64,000 bases of DNA from the human T2T-CHM13v2.0 reference genome, Homo sapiens, in the NCBI RefSeq assembly GCF_009914755.1, contig NC_060929.1; one strand, 5' to 3'. Both the position numbers and the translations under genes were made by a program. The notes below the pieces were generated by a model. It did not search any database. It was given only the letters and a program-made list of their open reading frames with translations, and was not told where the DNA came from. Positions 1 through 13,270 of this stretch are shown one piece after another. The number at the start of each line of letters is the position of its first letter. Position 1 is the first letter of the stretch.

Positions 1-467
1 CACCCACACTCCATAATTAATCTGAGTGGAGAAGTGTGGAGGACTTCCAGGCAAAGCCTTTTCCAGGCAGAGATGCCCTGGGTAGTTGAATATTGGCAGG
101 GGTAGAGAGGGTGATGTGCCTGATCATTAACCCAGTCAGCATCTGCATAGCCATTTGTGAAATGCTTTCACATCAGGTAACTCATTGGATGCTAACAGGA
201 ATCTTGTTAAAATAAATATTTATTATGCCCATTTTAAAGATAAAGAAACCAAGGTCCAGAGGCCTGGACTACTTAAGAGAGACCCCAGGTTGGAACACAG
301 GGCCTCTGACTAGGAGACTGGAGATCCTGAGGAACTTTTCATATTGAGAGGGGTTTTTTTCTTTCTCGAGTCTTCTGCACATGTGGCAGGTTCTGAAGTT
401 AGACACACTTGGTTCAAACCTTAGCTCTGCCATTTACTAGGTAGGTGACCCTGAGGAAGTTACTTAT

Positions 468-995
468 TTATCCCTTTACCGGTTTTCTAGTGCCACAATA
501 ATATTGCTTAACAAACAACTTCAGCACCTCAGTGGCATACAGCAATAAACATTTATTTTTGCTCAAGAGTCTAGGGGTTGGCTGGGTGGTTCTGCTGAAC
601 CTGGCTGGGCTCCCTTATACTTCTGTGGTCAGCTGGTGAGTCAGCTGGGGGCTGGCTGGTTGAAGATGATCCCAGCTAGTATGACTCATCTCTGCTCCGT
701 GAGCCTCCACAATATAGCAGGCTTGCCCAGGCTTTTTACATGCAGTAGCAAAGTTTTAAGAGAGGCAAGAGAAGCATGCAAGCCCTCTCAAGATATAGAC
801 TCAGAACTAGCACTGTTCTCAGAGCTCAGAACTGTTGCTTCTATGAAACTGTTTTGTCCAAAGCAATTATGAAACCAGCCTTGATCCAAGAAATGGGAAA
901 ATAGGCTCAATCCCTTGATAAGAGGAGCCACAAAGTCACCAAAGAATGTGCCTATGGGGGCTTTTAAATGGGACCATCACTATAACTGATCTCCT
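468..995 (-). mobile_element. Old MLT1-type MaLR LTR interrupting a MIR (MIR pieces ~385-467 and ~1040-1150)
   Basis: cagtggcatacagcaataaacatttatt...ggggttggctggg resembles MLT1; MIR core ggttcaaaccttagctctgccatttactag upstream. Approximate boundaries. Confidence 0.6.
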
Positions 996-2450
996 AAAAG
1001 CCCTGAGCTCTTTTGTTAGCTTGATTTTTAGAAATAGGCGTTAAAATACTACCAGTCATATGGGGACATTGTAGGAATAAAATGAGCAATATATATAAAG
1101 TGCTTAGCTTAGTGCCTGGTGCATAGCACATATAACAGTACTCAGGGTGGTAGCTCTTCGATTTGTTATTTTGGACTGCCATTCTAGAATAAGGATCCTC
1201 TTTCCTGCCCCAATTATGTGGGACTTTTTTCAGTCTCCTCTTACTTATTTGAAACACTTTTGCCTAGAGGGTAATGCCAGTACATCAAGTTCTTCCCACA
1301 ATACTCTGCTGTAGATTGAAATTTTCTATGAAATTTACTTGGATGCAATTTCAGGGACTTTAGTTACTAAATGCTATCATGCACTTTATTCTAAAAAGGT
1401 GTCACATGTAAGGTGGCCAGCAGGCATGGGCAGTGTGGAGGGAAGCTCTGGCATCTTCTGGATGACATTCCTGTGCTAGTCTTCATGACAGTCAGCTGCC
1501 AGAACAATCTGTCCATATGTCTCTTAAGTTCAAACATACCTAGATTTGACCTGTCCATGTTTCCATGGAAGTCACATTGTTGCCCCTCTTAAATGTCTGT
1601 GAAGCTGGTTTACTGTCTGAACTCTGACCAGGATAGGAACGTGGTGCTTTGCACTTAGGCACTTCCTTAATATACTTACTCTGGTGAAAGTATTAGCTAA
1701 TTCTGCTTCCAATTTGGGATTTGAAAATAAAAATAAATAGCAGTTGAGAAATAGCCTTTTGTCCTTCCTCCTTCCAATATAGAACATCTACCATACATGA
1801 AATGAATCTTAGAAGACTGAGGGAAATAAGAGCTGAGCCCTGCCCTCAGGGGATCTGTTGTAGGGTAGGTATGAAACTATGACATGATGGCAAATGTGAT
1901 CAGAAAATGAAGGGTGGGGCATATGAGATTTAGGGAGAACTTAGAGGGGAAAGACTGGGCTTCTATGGGGGTGATTAAGAGAGACTTTGAGCTGTCCCGA
2001 TGAATAAATAAGAAGGTCCCAATAACTTTTTTTCTTATATGAAATTATAAAAGTTTTTATTTAAGAAATTAAGTAAATATAAATAAAAGAAGAAAGTGAG
2101 GGTCATATTTTACGGCAGATGGTGTTGGTTGATTATCTAATATCTTTTTTCTCCTTCTTAGAAACTCAGCCTTAATTACATTCAGTGCAACAATGTGCTG
2201 CTAAAAGACTACATTACCCAGAACCCTTTGCAGCCAGTTATCAATACATTGGCTGTGTAACTAAATTCTGAGCAATTTAAGTTAAAACATTGTGTGGGAC
2301 TTCCAGGAAGACTCCGTAAGGGAGATGACTTCACTAGGAAGTTTGGCCCTTTTGCCCTTCTCTAGTTTTCCTTCTTGATGGGACATGAAGGTGATGGCTA
2401 CATCTCTAGCAGCCATAGTGGACCAGGAAGTGATTTTGATGATGCCTATA

Positions 2451-2845
2451 TGTATTTAGTCAGAATGGACCAGGTTATGCTATAATAACAAACAGTCCCC
2501 TAACCTCAATGATATTCTATTTCTACCTCACCTAAATATCCAATAGACTTCAACAAAGAACCTGTGCTAACTAGAGTCACTCCATCACCCAGGCTGATGG
2601 CAGCTTTCTCTCAACATGTGCTTTCAAAATCACAATAGTAGGTGGAAGGATGTATAATGGATTGTGCACTGACTCTTAAAGCTTCTGCTTAGAAGTGATT
2701 CATGTTACTTCCCTTTATAGTTCACTTTTCCAAAGCAAGTCACATGACACACCAACATTCAAAGGGGAAGGAAGTGAAGTCCTATCATGTTCCCAAAACG
2801 AGGGAAGAAAAAGAGTATTAGTGAACATAAATAATGACTTCCATA
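2451..2845 (-). mobile_element. Old MLT1-type LTR nested inside another old LTR (~2115-3030, + strand)
   Basis: tgtatttagtcagaatggaccaggttatgctataataacaaac...ccata; near-TSD ctata/ctatg; the host sequence resumes after 2850. Confidence 0.6.
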
Positions 2846-3548
2846 CTATGTGCTATGATGAAGAGCAGGAAGTTAGAATGCACTTGAATTTCTAATGACT
2901 TTGTGACTTGCCATCCCAGAGTTCTTCTACTTGAGAGAATAAACCCTCCTGTGTTGAAACCATTGTAATTTGGGGTTTTCCATCTCATGGAGCCAAATCC
3001 AACTGCAATGAATTTATTTTTCCCCCATCCTTCTGTCATAACCACAAATATTATTTTGATGAATGTACTGGAAAAGAATGTGTATGAGTCTTGGAGTGCC
3101 TGCCCTGCTTTCAGCCCCATTTCAGAGAAGCAGCCTCAGCACTTCCTGACCTCTACAATTCCATGTTCTGTCATGCAATCATGCCACCCTGCACACAACT
3201 GATTGGATCAAGGCCAAAAGCACCAGTGTATGGGCTGAGTAGCCCACTGGCCATGAAGTAGCCTGGCCTGAGAGGTTTGTCCAGTGCAGGGGCTCTGTAT
3301 GAGGTGATGACTAAGTGAGTGAATCAGACCCTCTTACTCATATGTGGAATTTGAGACACATACTGGGAAATTAAAAAAAAAAGCTGAGAGGAAAGCAGAA
3401 GCTGAGAGAAGTTGCATTATGTGACTGTAACAATATTGCAATTTTGAATTGTGTGTAGGATGTTGTGTTCTCTGTGAGATCTCCATGTTGGTTCCAAGAA
3501 CTTCCCTGTTTTTCCTTTCTTCTGCGTGGCCTTATAATAAACTCCTTA

Positions 3549-3918
3549 TATATTAGTCTGTTCTCACACGGCTATAAAGAACTGCCTGAGACTGGGTAAT
3601 TTATAAAGGAAAGTGATTTAATTGACTCACAGTTACCCATGGCTGGGGAAGCCTCAGGAAACTTACAATCATGGGAGAAGGGGAAGCAAACATGTCCTTC
3701 TTCACATGGCAGCAGGAGAGAGAAGTGCAGAGTGAAGTGAGGGAAGTCCCTTATAAAACTATCAGATCTCGTGAGAACTCACTTACTATCATGTGAACAG
3801 CATAGGGGAAACTGCCCCCATGATTCAGTTATCTCTACCTGGTCCTGTGCTTGACAACGTTGGGATTACTACAATTCAAGGTGAGATTTGGGTGGGGACA
3901 CAGAACCAAACCATATCA
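3549..3918 (-). mobile_element. THE1 solo LTR (THE1D-like)
   Basis: tattagtctgttctcac...ccaaaccatatca; near-TSD cctta/cccta. Confidence 0.88.
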
Positions 3919-4781
3919 CCCTATGACATGATAAAAAATTAGATCCTAACCAACAGTGTGTATCCTTCTCTCATCTGTTTTTATTTATGTTTTATCGACA
4001 GATGATTTTTTATAATGGTACTTACTTTTCTCTTTTACTTAGTAGTATATCATGACAATCATTCCATGCCTTTAAACATTCTTTAAAACAACACAAGAAC
4101 GGGCATGTAGTATTCTATTGTACAACTGCACCTGTGTAATCAATCCCCTAATGTTGGACATTTATGTCGTGTCCCATTTTTGTTTGCATATTTGCTTTTG
4201 CTTTTATATACAGCAGCAAAGTCAACATTCTTGAAGCTAAATATTTGCATGTATCCATGATTGTTTTTTTCTTAAAGAGAGAAGGTCTTTTTATGTTCTT
4301 TGGGCAGGACTTGAACTTATGGCCTCCAGTGATCCTCCTGCCTCAGCCTCTTGAATAGTTGAAATATTTTTATAGGTAGGAATCTGTTAGGCAGATATTG
4401 GTGATAAAGGGGACATTTCAGAGCAAGGATATGGCACAAAAAAGCACAAAGTTGTGAAGTTAGGAGAATATAAAGTTTGTCATCAAATAATCAAATTTTG
4501 CTAGTGTTGGGTAGGTATAAGAAGACAGTGGCCAAATTATTGATAGACTTGAAAGCCAAGTTAAGGTATAGCCATTAATAAGGGCTGTTTCTGAATATTT
4601 GGAAAGAAAACCTGGAGTATTACAAAGTGAGTCTCTTATCCTCTCCAAGGCTGGTGGTAGTGTTAAACAGAGGATCAGTAGAGGTTAACGTGGCCCATTT
4701 CACACTATGTGAGCTATAGAAAACAAATACAAAATCCCTTTGTACTTGGTATTGTGCTTTGTAAAAAAAACAAAAACAAAA

Positions 4782-4845
4782 ACATGCACCCTAGGACTTA
4801 AAGTATAATAAAAAAGAAGAAGAAGAGGAAGAAGAAAAAAAAACA
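4782..4845 (+). mobile_element. Ultra-short L1PA 3' end plus degenerate A/GAA tail
   Basis: acatgcaccctaggacttaaagtataataaaa matches the L1PA terminus ACATGTACCCTAGAACTTAAAGTATAATAAA. Confidence 0.7.
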
Positions 4846-5193
4846 GAATACAATGAAAAGTTCTGATACTTAGCAGGTAGAGTGACTGGAAAAATTAATG
4901 TATGAAAGCTATGAGAACAACATAATTCCATATGAACCTGTGTATCGCTAACACATACCCCCAAATCTGTAAAAAACACATTGTATTTAACAGAATCTAA
5001 GATGCCATCAATTGTAAGATGCACCATTATTTTGTGTGGCAATAAGGAAGAAATATTGTTGCCTATTGCAATTGGAAGATGCCAGAAACAGTAAAATGCA
5101 CCTTGATTTCAGTGTTGCTGGAAAAAAAAAATACTATGCTTTTAAGGAGACTTTATCAGTGTGGGAAGTCTTATGACAAATAATACTCTAAGT

Positions 5194-5402
5194 CAGGGGT
5201 GTTCAATCTTTTGGCTCCCCTGGGCCACACATAAAATACACTAACATTAACAATAGCTGATAAGGTAAAAAAGGAAAATAGCAAAAAAAAAAAAAAAAAA
5301 TCTCATAATGTTTTAAGAAACTTTATGAATTTCATTGGGCCGCATTCAAAGCCCCCATCCTGGGCCACATGTAGTCCCTGGGGCATTGGTTTGACAAGCT
5401 TG
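5194..5402. mobile_element. MER30 hAT-Charlie MITE
   Basis: caggggtgttcaatcttttggct...ttgacaagcttg with a perfect 8-bp TSD CTCTAAGT at 5186-5193 and 5403-5410. Confidence 0.88.
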
Positions 5403-5869
5403 CTCTAAGTAGAGATAACTATCATAAATTAATACTACTTCTCCATATTGTGTCCACCTTTAAAAATATTTTTTAAATGTATGTACATTGTTTTATTGAA
5501 TCCCCCAAAAAGCATAGCCAATACAGAACATAAGCTTCCCATTTTTCAGATGAAGAAACTGATGTTAGGTGATTTAAAGAAATAGACTGTCAGAGCTACC
5601 ACACCTTTCAAGGTCACCTGAGCCCAGCTCTGCATTTTCTGCTGGTGAGGGTGAGACTTAGCTTAGCTATTAACTGTCATTACACAGCTCTTCTGTGAGA
5701 GGTAGGCCTGTGCCTGCTTCTGATCTCACATCCCATTTCCTTTCCCCTTCACTACGAGGTCATCCAGCCAGTTAACAGCAGAGTTTGTATGAAGGATCAA
5801 GTGGGCTGACTCCAAATTCAGTGTTTTTTCCAATACCCAAGTGGAAAAACTTTCCTTCTTCAAGGACAT

Positions 5870-6050
5870 CTTAGACTTTAATGTGCACAAGAATCACCTC
5901 GGGGCTTGTTAAATGCGGAGTTTTCCCATGCCCTACCCCCAGACACTCTAATTCAACTGGCCTGGGGTTAGACCCAGATACATATTTTTAAAATAAACTC
6001 CAGGTGATTATGATAAAGATGGCATATAGAGCACGCTTTAAGAAACGCTG
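5870..6050. mobile_element. MER5A-like MITE
   Basis: agaatcacctcggggcttgttaaatgc...ctcccaggtgatt...ctttaagaaacgctg. Confidence 0.7.
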
Positions 6051-6799
6051 TCCGATTTCAATCTTGAAATCGGCTTTGTCCCCTTTTCAAGAGGGCCTGC
6101 TCTTTGAAAAGCAGCTTCAGCCCCGCCTTGTTGTAATCCCTTATCAGTTCTATGTGTTTTGCAAATTGCATTTGCTCTTCATTTATGGACAAACCAGGTC
6201 AGCACTGCCAGGCCAATAAGAGCTGGATTTTCCCTAGCCTCATGCATCAGTGACATATTTGCCAATCTTGGCCCAGTTCCGACATCCCTGCAATCGGCAA
6301 TGGTTGATGAGGATGCAGGATACACATGACTCGATTTGCAGAGAGCCGGCTAAGCTTTCAGGGAAGTCAATAAGAAAAATCTCATTTTGATCTGCAGATT
6401 GGACTCATTTGATTTGGAAGTCACTGGTGGCAAAAGAAATATGGGTCCAAGGATGTCTCTTCAAGTCCCTCTGTGGCTGTAATCACTCCTAAGAAGCAGT
6501 TTTCTCCACCTATCTCCTCCTCCCCTTCTCTGTTCACAAATTCAATGTGTCAGCTGATGGAAAGAGGAGAAAAAAAGTGATAATCACTCTCAGGCTCTCT
6601 GATGATTCCTCTATCTCACTCTCCACAGACTATGAAGGGTCAAAACAGCACCACAAACCATTCACCAAAATTATTTGCTACATGGCTCCTAGGAAACCAG
6701 TCTTGCCTCTGTGACTTCTCACCCAGGCCTGTGACTTTCAGCTTGAAGAGGTCAAAGGGGAAAAAATAAATACATCATTATGCCTTGTGAAGTAACTCT

Positions 6800-8347
6800 T
6801 GGGTCTGAGTGCTTCATGGGCTCATGTGCATGTCAAGATGTTTAAATCTCTTCCGAAATATCTCTTGACTCCATCGAGATCTATTTATTCTCCCTGCCAT
6901 TAACCAAATGTTTTCTATAGAATTATTCAGTATCCTCCTTCCCAGTTTCCCTGCTTCTCACATTTTCCGTTCAGATCCATTATCTTCATAGCAGCCTGGT
7001 GATCATTGCATCTCATCCCTTGTTATCACCCATTGGTGGCTTTGCGTCATCCTAACGATAAAGTCTAAACCTATTTGGTCCAATGCAATAGCCACATGTG
7101 AGGCTGCCAAGCACTCGAGATGTGATGATTCAGAACACAGATAAGCTTAAATGTAAACATCAGATTTCAAAGATTTAGTAAAAAAAAAGTTGTAAAATAT
7201 CTTATTGATAATTTTGTATTGATTACATATTAAAATAATATTTTAGATAATTGGGTTAACTGGAATATATTATTAATATTAGCTTCAGTTGTTTCATTGT
7301 ACTTTTAAAATATGGCTACTAGAAGATTTAAAGTGACACACGTGGCTCACATTGTATACCTATTGGACAGCACCCATCTAAACTTTGACATGGCTTGCCT
7401 TCATCCCACTCCACGCCCTCTTGCAGCCTCCATTTTGACCATATGAATTTCTTTTAACCTGTTGAACTAATCAGTTACCCTCCTGTTTCTGGGCCTTTGG
7501 TAGGCAATTGTTTCCTCCCATCACCCTCTTTCACTAACTCTTACTCATATTTCAGTATGTCTTCTCGAGGTCACTTTTCAGATGTTGTATTAGTCAGGGT
7601 TCTCTAGAGGGACAGAACTAATAGGATAGATGTATATATAAAGGGGAATTTATTAAGGAGCACTGACTCACACAATCACAAGGTGAGGTCCCACAATAGG
7701 CCATCTGCAAGCTGAGGAGCAAGGAAGCCAGTCTGAGTCCCCAAACCTCAAAAGTAGGGAGGCTGATAGTGCAGCCTTCAGTCTGTGGTCAAAGGTCCAA
7801 GAGTCCCAAAGCTGAAGAACTTGGAGTTCGATGTTCGAGGGCATAAAGCATCCATCATGACAGAAAGATGTAGGCAGGGAGACTAAGCCTGTCTAGTTTT
7901 TTCACCTTCGTCTGCCTGCTTTTATCCTGGCTGTGCTGGCAGCTGATTAGATTATGCCTAGCCAGATTGATGGTGGATCTACCTTTCACAGTCCACTGAC
8001 TCAAACGTTAATCTCCTTTGGCAACACCCTCACAGACACACCCAGGAACAACAATTTGCATCCCTCAATCCAATGAAGTTGATGCTCAGTATTAACCATC
8101 ACAGATATTATTGGTGCCAAGATGTTCCTTGACTCCCTGAGTCTGGCCTAGCTGCCCCTCCTTTGGTTTCAGTGGAATCTCTATAATTTCTCCTCTGTGG
8201 AATACTTCCACACTACTTTAGATTTGCTTTTTAAAATCTTATCTGTCTATTCCACTAAATTGTAAGCTCCCCTATGGCAAGGGGTACGTCTGTCTTGTGC
8301 ACCTTGGTGCCCCAGAGTAGAAACTCAATAAACATTTGAAAGTGAAT
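6800..8347 (+). mobile_element. L2 3' region, interrupted by a MER33-like MITE (~7075-7375) and the MLT2A LTR
   Basis: L2-type pyrimidine-rich body and the terminus ctcaataaacatttgaaagtgaat; MER33-like tagccacatgtg...ctattggacagcac. Confidence 0.65.
7586..8103 (-). mobile_element. MLT2A (HERV-L) solo LTR inserted in an L2
   Basis: tgtattagtcagggttctctagagggacagaac...ttaaccatcaca; near-TSD gatgt/gatat. Confidence 0.9.
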
Positions 8348-10794
8348 CGAGGCATCTCATTAAATAGGCAAGGAAACTGAGGTCTAGAACAGGGAGACTT
8401 TTTAACTAAGGTCACATAGTGAGTTCATAGCAAACCACCTCAGGCCAGTGCCATCCAGCAGGGTCACAAATTTCTTTCTTTGAATAATGTTTGACATTGG
8501 GAGAATCTTTAAAGATGCAGTGGACAGAGATTTGTGCTGGCCGGTTTAGTCTTACCGAACAAGGTGAAGATAGGGCTAGCTATTTGATGCAGAAGCAGCT
8601 GGGATACCATGCCTGGCCTACACCGGGTCATTCTCCAGCTTGACTCTGACTCAAATACTTTACTTCTGGCACTGTCATGTTGGGGTGAAATGTGGACAGA
8701 GGAAGGAAGTGACAAGTCCCTGGAGACCTAAGCTATATATAGGGGGAGCAGATCTATAGGACAAGCTGACTCAGAGCTTTGGTGTGCTACAGGGAAATTG
8801 TCCATGTGGATTACAAACCAGAGGTCATTTCCTGAGATACTAGCCCAGTCATTCCTCACATTGACGTGTTTCTGAACAGAACCAAACACAAAGAGCAATT
8901 TTTAGCATGAAACCTCTAGGGCTCTGGTATCATCCTTGGCCATACTTGCACCTGGAAGAAAATCCTTTCTGGTCCTAGCAGTATGTAACCTAGTACATCT
9001 GCAAAATGTTCCATGTCATAGGTCCTTTTGGAAAAAGTGATATAAGGAGAAATCTGTTTTTGTAAGATTTTCTACTGTAATTGTGTCTAACTTTTTTTCT
9101 AATTAAATGACATCAGCTCAATGCAGGATAACTGGCAAAGAGAAAAGCACAACTAAGGAATATTTTCCCCATAATTCCACCACCCAAAATAATCTCACTA
9201 TTTATACTGCCTGTGTCTTTTTAATATTCTTCATGTTTATTCACTTGTATAGTTGTATAAAAGTAGAATACTAATACCATTTAATAGTACTGTCCCTTAC
9301 ATATGTTATAACTATTATAAACAACTTCCTGTGTCAATGAGTACTCTATAGTCCTATGATTTTTATTGCCTACTTAATATTCCAATATATTTAAGCCCTC
9401 TCAACAATCATTCGTTATTGAACGTTTAAATTGTTTCTAATTTTTTAGTATTATAAATCACTCTACAGGGAATCCCCTTACACATATATCTCTGGTTATT
9501 TCCAAAGGATAATTTGAAAAGTGAAATTGCTGACTGAAGATAATGCAAGATAAGGCACAATTTTAAGGATTTTGGTATCTATGTCTAATTAGTCTCCTAA
9601 GAGTTTTAACACAGACTGATTTCAAAGTTCCCAAGTGTTCTCTGTGCACAAATCCTCTCATGTTTGGAAGCTGTACCATCTGCTGCCATGAAACTCACTT
9701 CTCATTAGATTGATGATACAAACAAAAGACAAGGAATTCCAAAAAAAAAGTCAAAATAAAATAAATTCTAGACCCCAAGTCATATTGATGCCTATCTATG
9801 TCCGTTTTTCTCTAGATCCTTAAAAGAGGCCTTTCCCAAAATGCCCCATGAGAAAAGAGTTCTATAGTCAGAAAGATTTGGGCAAAATTGCAACCTGTAT
9901 CTCTATGCTGATCCTGGAAAGTTCTGCAGTTAATTTGAGCAGATTCGACTCTGTTTAAATCAGTGTTCCTTTCATGAGGTTATTTGGCTACTGAACTCTT
10001 AAAAAAAAATGAACCTACAAATATTCCATGGCATATACTGAGAGAAACACTGGCCTAGAGTGAGCTGAAGGTGGTACATTTTGGGGGCTGTACATGGTTT
10101 TCTTTATAGCCTACATACTTGCCCACTGGTGGTAGAACCAGATTAGTTTGAGTTCTTTTGTTCATGATCACATGACAAAGCATACGGCTTTAAGGTCTGA
10201 TTTCACACCTTAAGGAATTTTCCAGTTAGTCAAGACCATTTTCTGGTGAGCAAAGACTAGAATTAAGGCTTTACTTCAAAAATTCTTTTCTTGTTTCTTC
10301 TCCCCCACCACAGCAGATTTGCTTATGTCTGTGTTACTACAAATGAGGTGTTCATCTATGTCTCTTCTTCATGTGTAGGAGTGGGAAACCATTAATGCTA
10401 CTTGATTAATTTCTGCCCAAACTATTTTAGACTTAGAAATAAGTTAAAAAGACACTTTTTAAAAACCTCTCAGGCCAATTTTCTTGGAACCAAAGAGGTC
10501 AATTCACTATAAAAATCAAACAAATTAAATTGTTTGTTGCCCAATGTGTCTGTGTTTCTCAAATATTAGAGTTTTACATTTTACTGTGACCTTTTTTTTA
10601 GTATTATTTTTGTGGTATTCTTCCTTAAACTGACTCAGAGTTCTCCTTGTTTATCTTATTTAACTTGTCCTCACAACGATAACAAAAATCTACAAAACAA
10701 AACTGCATATTGGCAGTTTTATCTTTTTCTAATACACATTAAAATGAACACTTAACAATTCAAATAAAATAATGTTTGCCTAAAATTATCTCAG

Positions 10795-11005
10795 ATCTTG
10801 TGTTGACAAACTTTTTCAGGAAAGGGTCAGATAGTAAATATTTTAGGGTTTGTGGGTCATGCCATCTCTGTCACCACAACAGTGTGAAAGCAGCCATGGG
10901 GGCATGCATACAAATGGGCATGGCTCTGTTCCAATAAAATGTTTATTTATGAAGATAGGTGGAGGGCTGAGTTCAGCTTATGGGTTATAGTTAGCCAACT
11001 CCTGC
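10795..11005. mobile_element. MER58A MITE
   Basis: aaagggtcagatagtaaatattttagg...ctgttccaataaaa...tagttagccaactcctg. Confidence 0.8.
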
Positions 11006-12834
11006 TCTAGATGAAACAATGAGCGTATTGATATTTTCACTTTCTAGGTGACTATATTGATTCATTTTAGGTACAGTCTAAATGCAGTAACCTGGACAAT
11101 AATTGAATAGCAAAACTTCTTATTTACAATTTACCTCTATTTTCTGAGATAGCCCCAATTTTAAGACATGTGTCTCAGATTTTAGGATCAGGTTCATCAT
11201 CCTGAGCTCATAGAATAAAAATCAGGAACCAGCCTCTGCAACAAAAGAAATGGCTATGTTAAGATAATCTACTAACCTCCTCTCACCTTCCTAATAAACT
11301 TGCAGAAATGCTCTGCTCAGTGATTTTGCCCTTGCAATATTATTCTTCATAGGAGGGGGGAAAAACCAAACCACAAGCTAAGCAAACTAGGCTCCTAAAT
11401 TATTGACACATTAAAATTTAAAATGTTAATTAACAGAGGCTCTTATCTGAGAGAAGCAAGTTTCCCATTAATTCCCAACCCACTGAATCTAGACTCCTGT
11501 ACATCCATTGGTTGACTGAGTTGTTCCAAGGTTTACCCTAGTGGCCTCAAGATTTACAAGAGTTCCTAAACTCAAACTTCCTAAGCATTACTGAGAGCAA
11601 AGCTCATCTTTGCCAGGCTCATGCTTGGGCCATGTCATTGACCTTTGTAGACAGGAAGAATCTATGTGCTTGTGTAAATATGATAAGCCCATTTCCACTT
11701 ACTATTCACTGTTTTCCATGCTAGACATTCACAAGTAATAGTAAATCTAAATCGCATTTTTCACGTTTATAATGCTTTTCCAAGTATATGGTCCCATTAG
11801 AGCCTCTCAGTAATTCCAGAAGCTGGGAATTATTTATTCTCACTTTGTAGATGAGGAACTTGAGGCTGAACTGCCAGCCATACTTTAGGGAGAGCCCTGG
11901 AGCCGTGTTAGACAATTCTCACCTGTTAGACAAGGCTTGCTAAATGCTCCATAAGGTGCCTCTTTTTTCCCACTGTGCCCTGCCACATTCTACTCATCGT
12001 CCTAGGTCACACCCTTGGTTCAGCCCTTCATCTACCATGGAGGTAGATGCCACTTTCTCTCAAATAATTTACAGTCTAATTGGGATGGACTCATTCAAGG
12101 GAGCCTGGCTGAATCAAGGTCAACCCATCCCTAGAACTGAAACACACTCCAAACTAACTTAACAACTGATAATGTCAACTCCCATCTCCTGATTGAACTC
12201 ACATCTTCTCATTCTATGTCTACTGTTTTTTCATACTTTGTAGCTGCTTCTGATTTATAGAGAAACCCAATTAAACTAGTATTGGCAGAATTGCTAAGTC
12301 AGCTTTCAGTTACAAAGGTAATTAGAAAATTAGACTGGGAAATTGTGAAACAGCATACAGTGATGAATCCATTTTTTAAAAAATATGCAAAATACCTGAA
12401 TACATTTACCCATAATCCAAGAATATTATAACTTAAAGGTGCCTTAAATATTACCTTGTTCATCTCTCATATTCAATGTAGAAAACATGGGGAAATTTTT
12501 ATCAAGATAATGATTAACAATGATAAATAGTGAGAATAGTTATCATCTCTTTAACACTTAACCATGTGCCAGGTACTGTGGTGAATGTAATAAATATATA
12601 CGACAGATGTATTTGTTACTCCAGCTTGCCAATAAAGCAAGTGAGACCTGGAGAGAACAATGGACTTGCCTGACATTACACATGAGTAGGTAGTGGAGAC
12701 AGCGTGTGGGATCAGGCCATCTGACTCTAGGCCTACCATTACAGCATAGTTCTCTCAAAAGTAAAGCCCAAAGATCTGAAAGGAATGGCACCATCCTGTG
12801 ATGAGAAAGGTACCTCACCTCTGCCATCTTTCTC

Positions 12835-13270
12835 TCCCAACCCATCCATGACCCCATGAAGGAAAATGTCAGACAAACCCAAATTGAAGGATGTTCTACA
12901 AAGAACTTGTCTAGCTTTTCCCAAAACTGTCAGGGTCATCAAATACAAGAATCTGGTTGTTGGAAAAACTATCACAGACCAGAGGAGGCTAAGAAGTCAT
13001 GACAACTAAGTGTAACATAAAGTCTTAGATAAGATCCTGGCACAGAAAAATGTCATTAGAGGAAAACTAGTGAAATCTGAATGAAGTATGGAGTTTAGTT
13101 AATAGTAATGTATCAGTGTTGATTCCTTATTTTGATAAATGTACCATAGTAATGTAAGTTGTTAACCACAGGGAAATCTGGGAAAGGAGTATCCAGGAAC
13201 TCTTTGTAATCTCTTTGTGACATTTCTGGAAATTTAAAACTATCCTAAAATGTAAAAGTTTATTTTATTT
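12835..13270 (+). mobile_element. Old L1M (L1MC/MD-like) 3' end
   Basis: gacaaacccaaattgaagga...gtgaaatctgaatgaagtatggagtttagttaatagtaatgtatca...aaaagtttatt. Confidence 0.7.
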
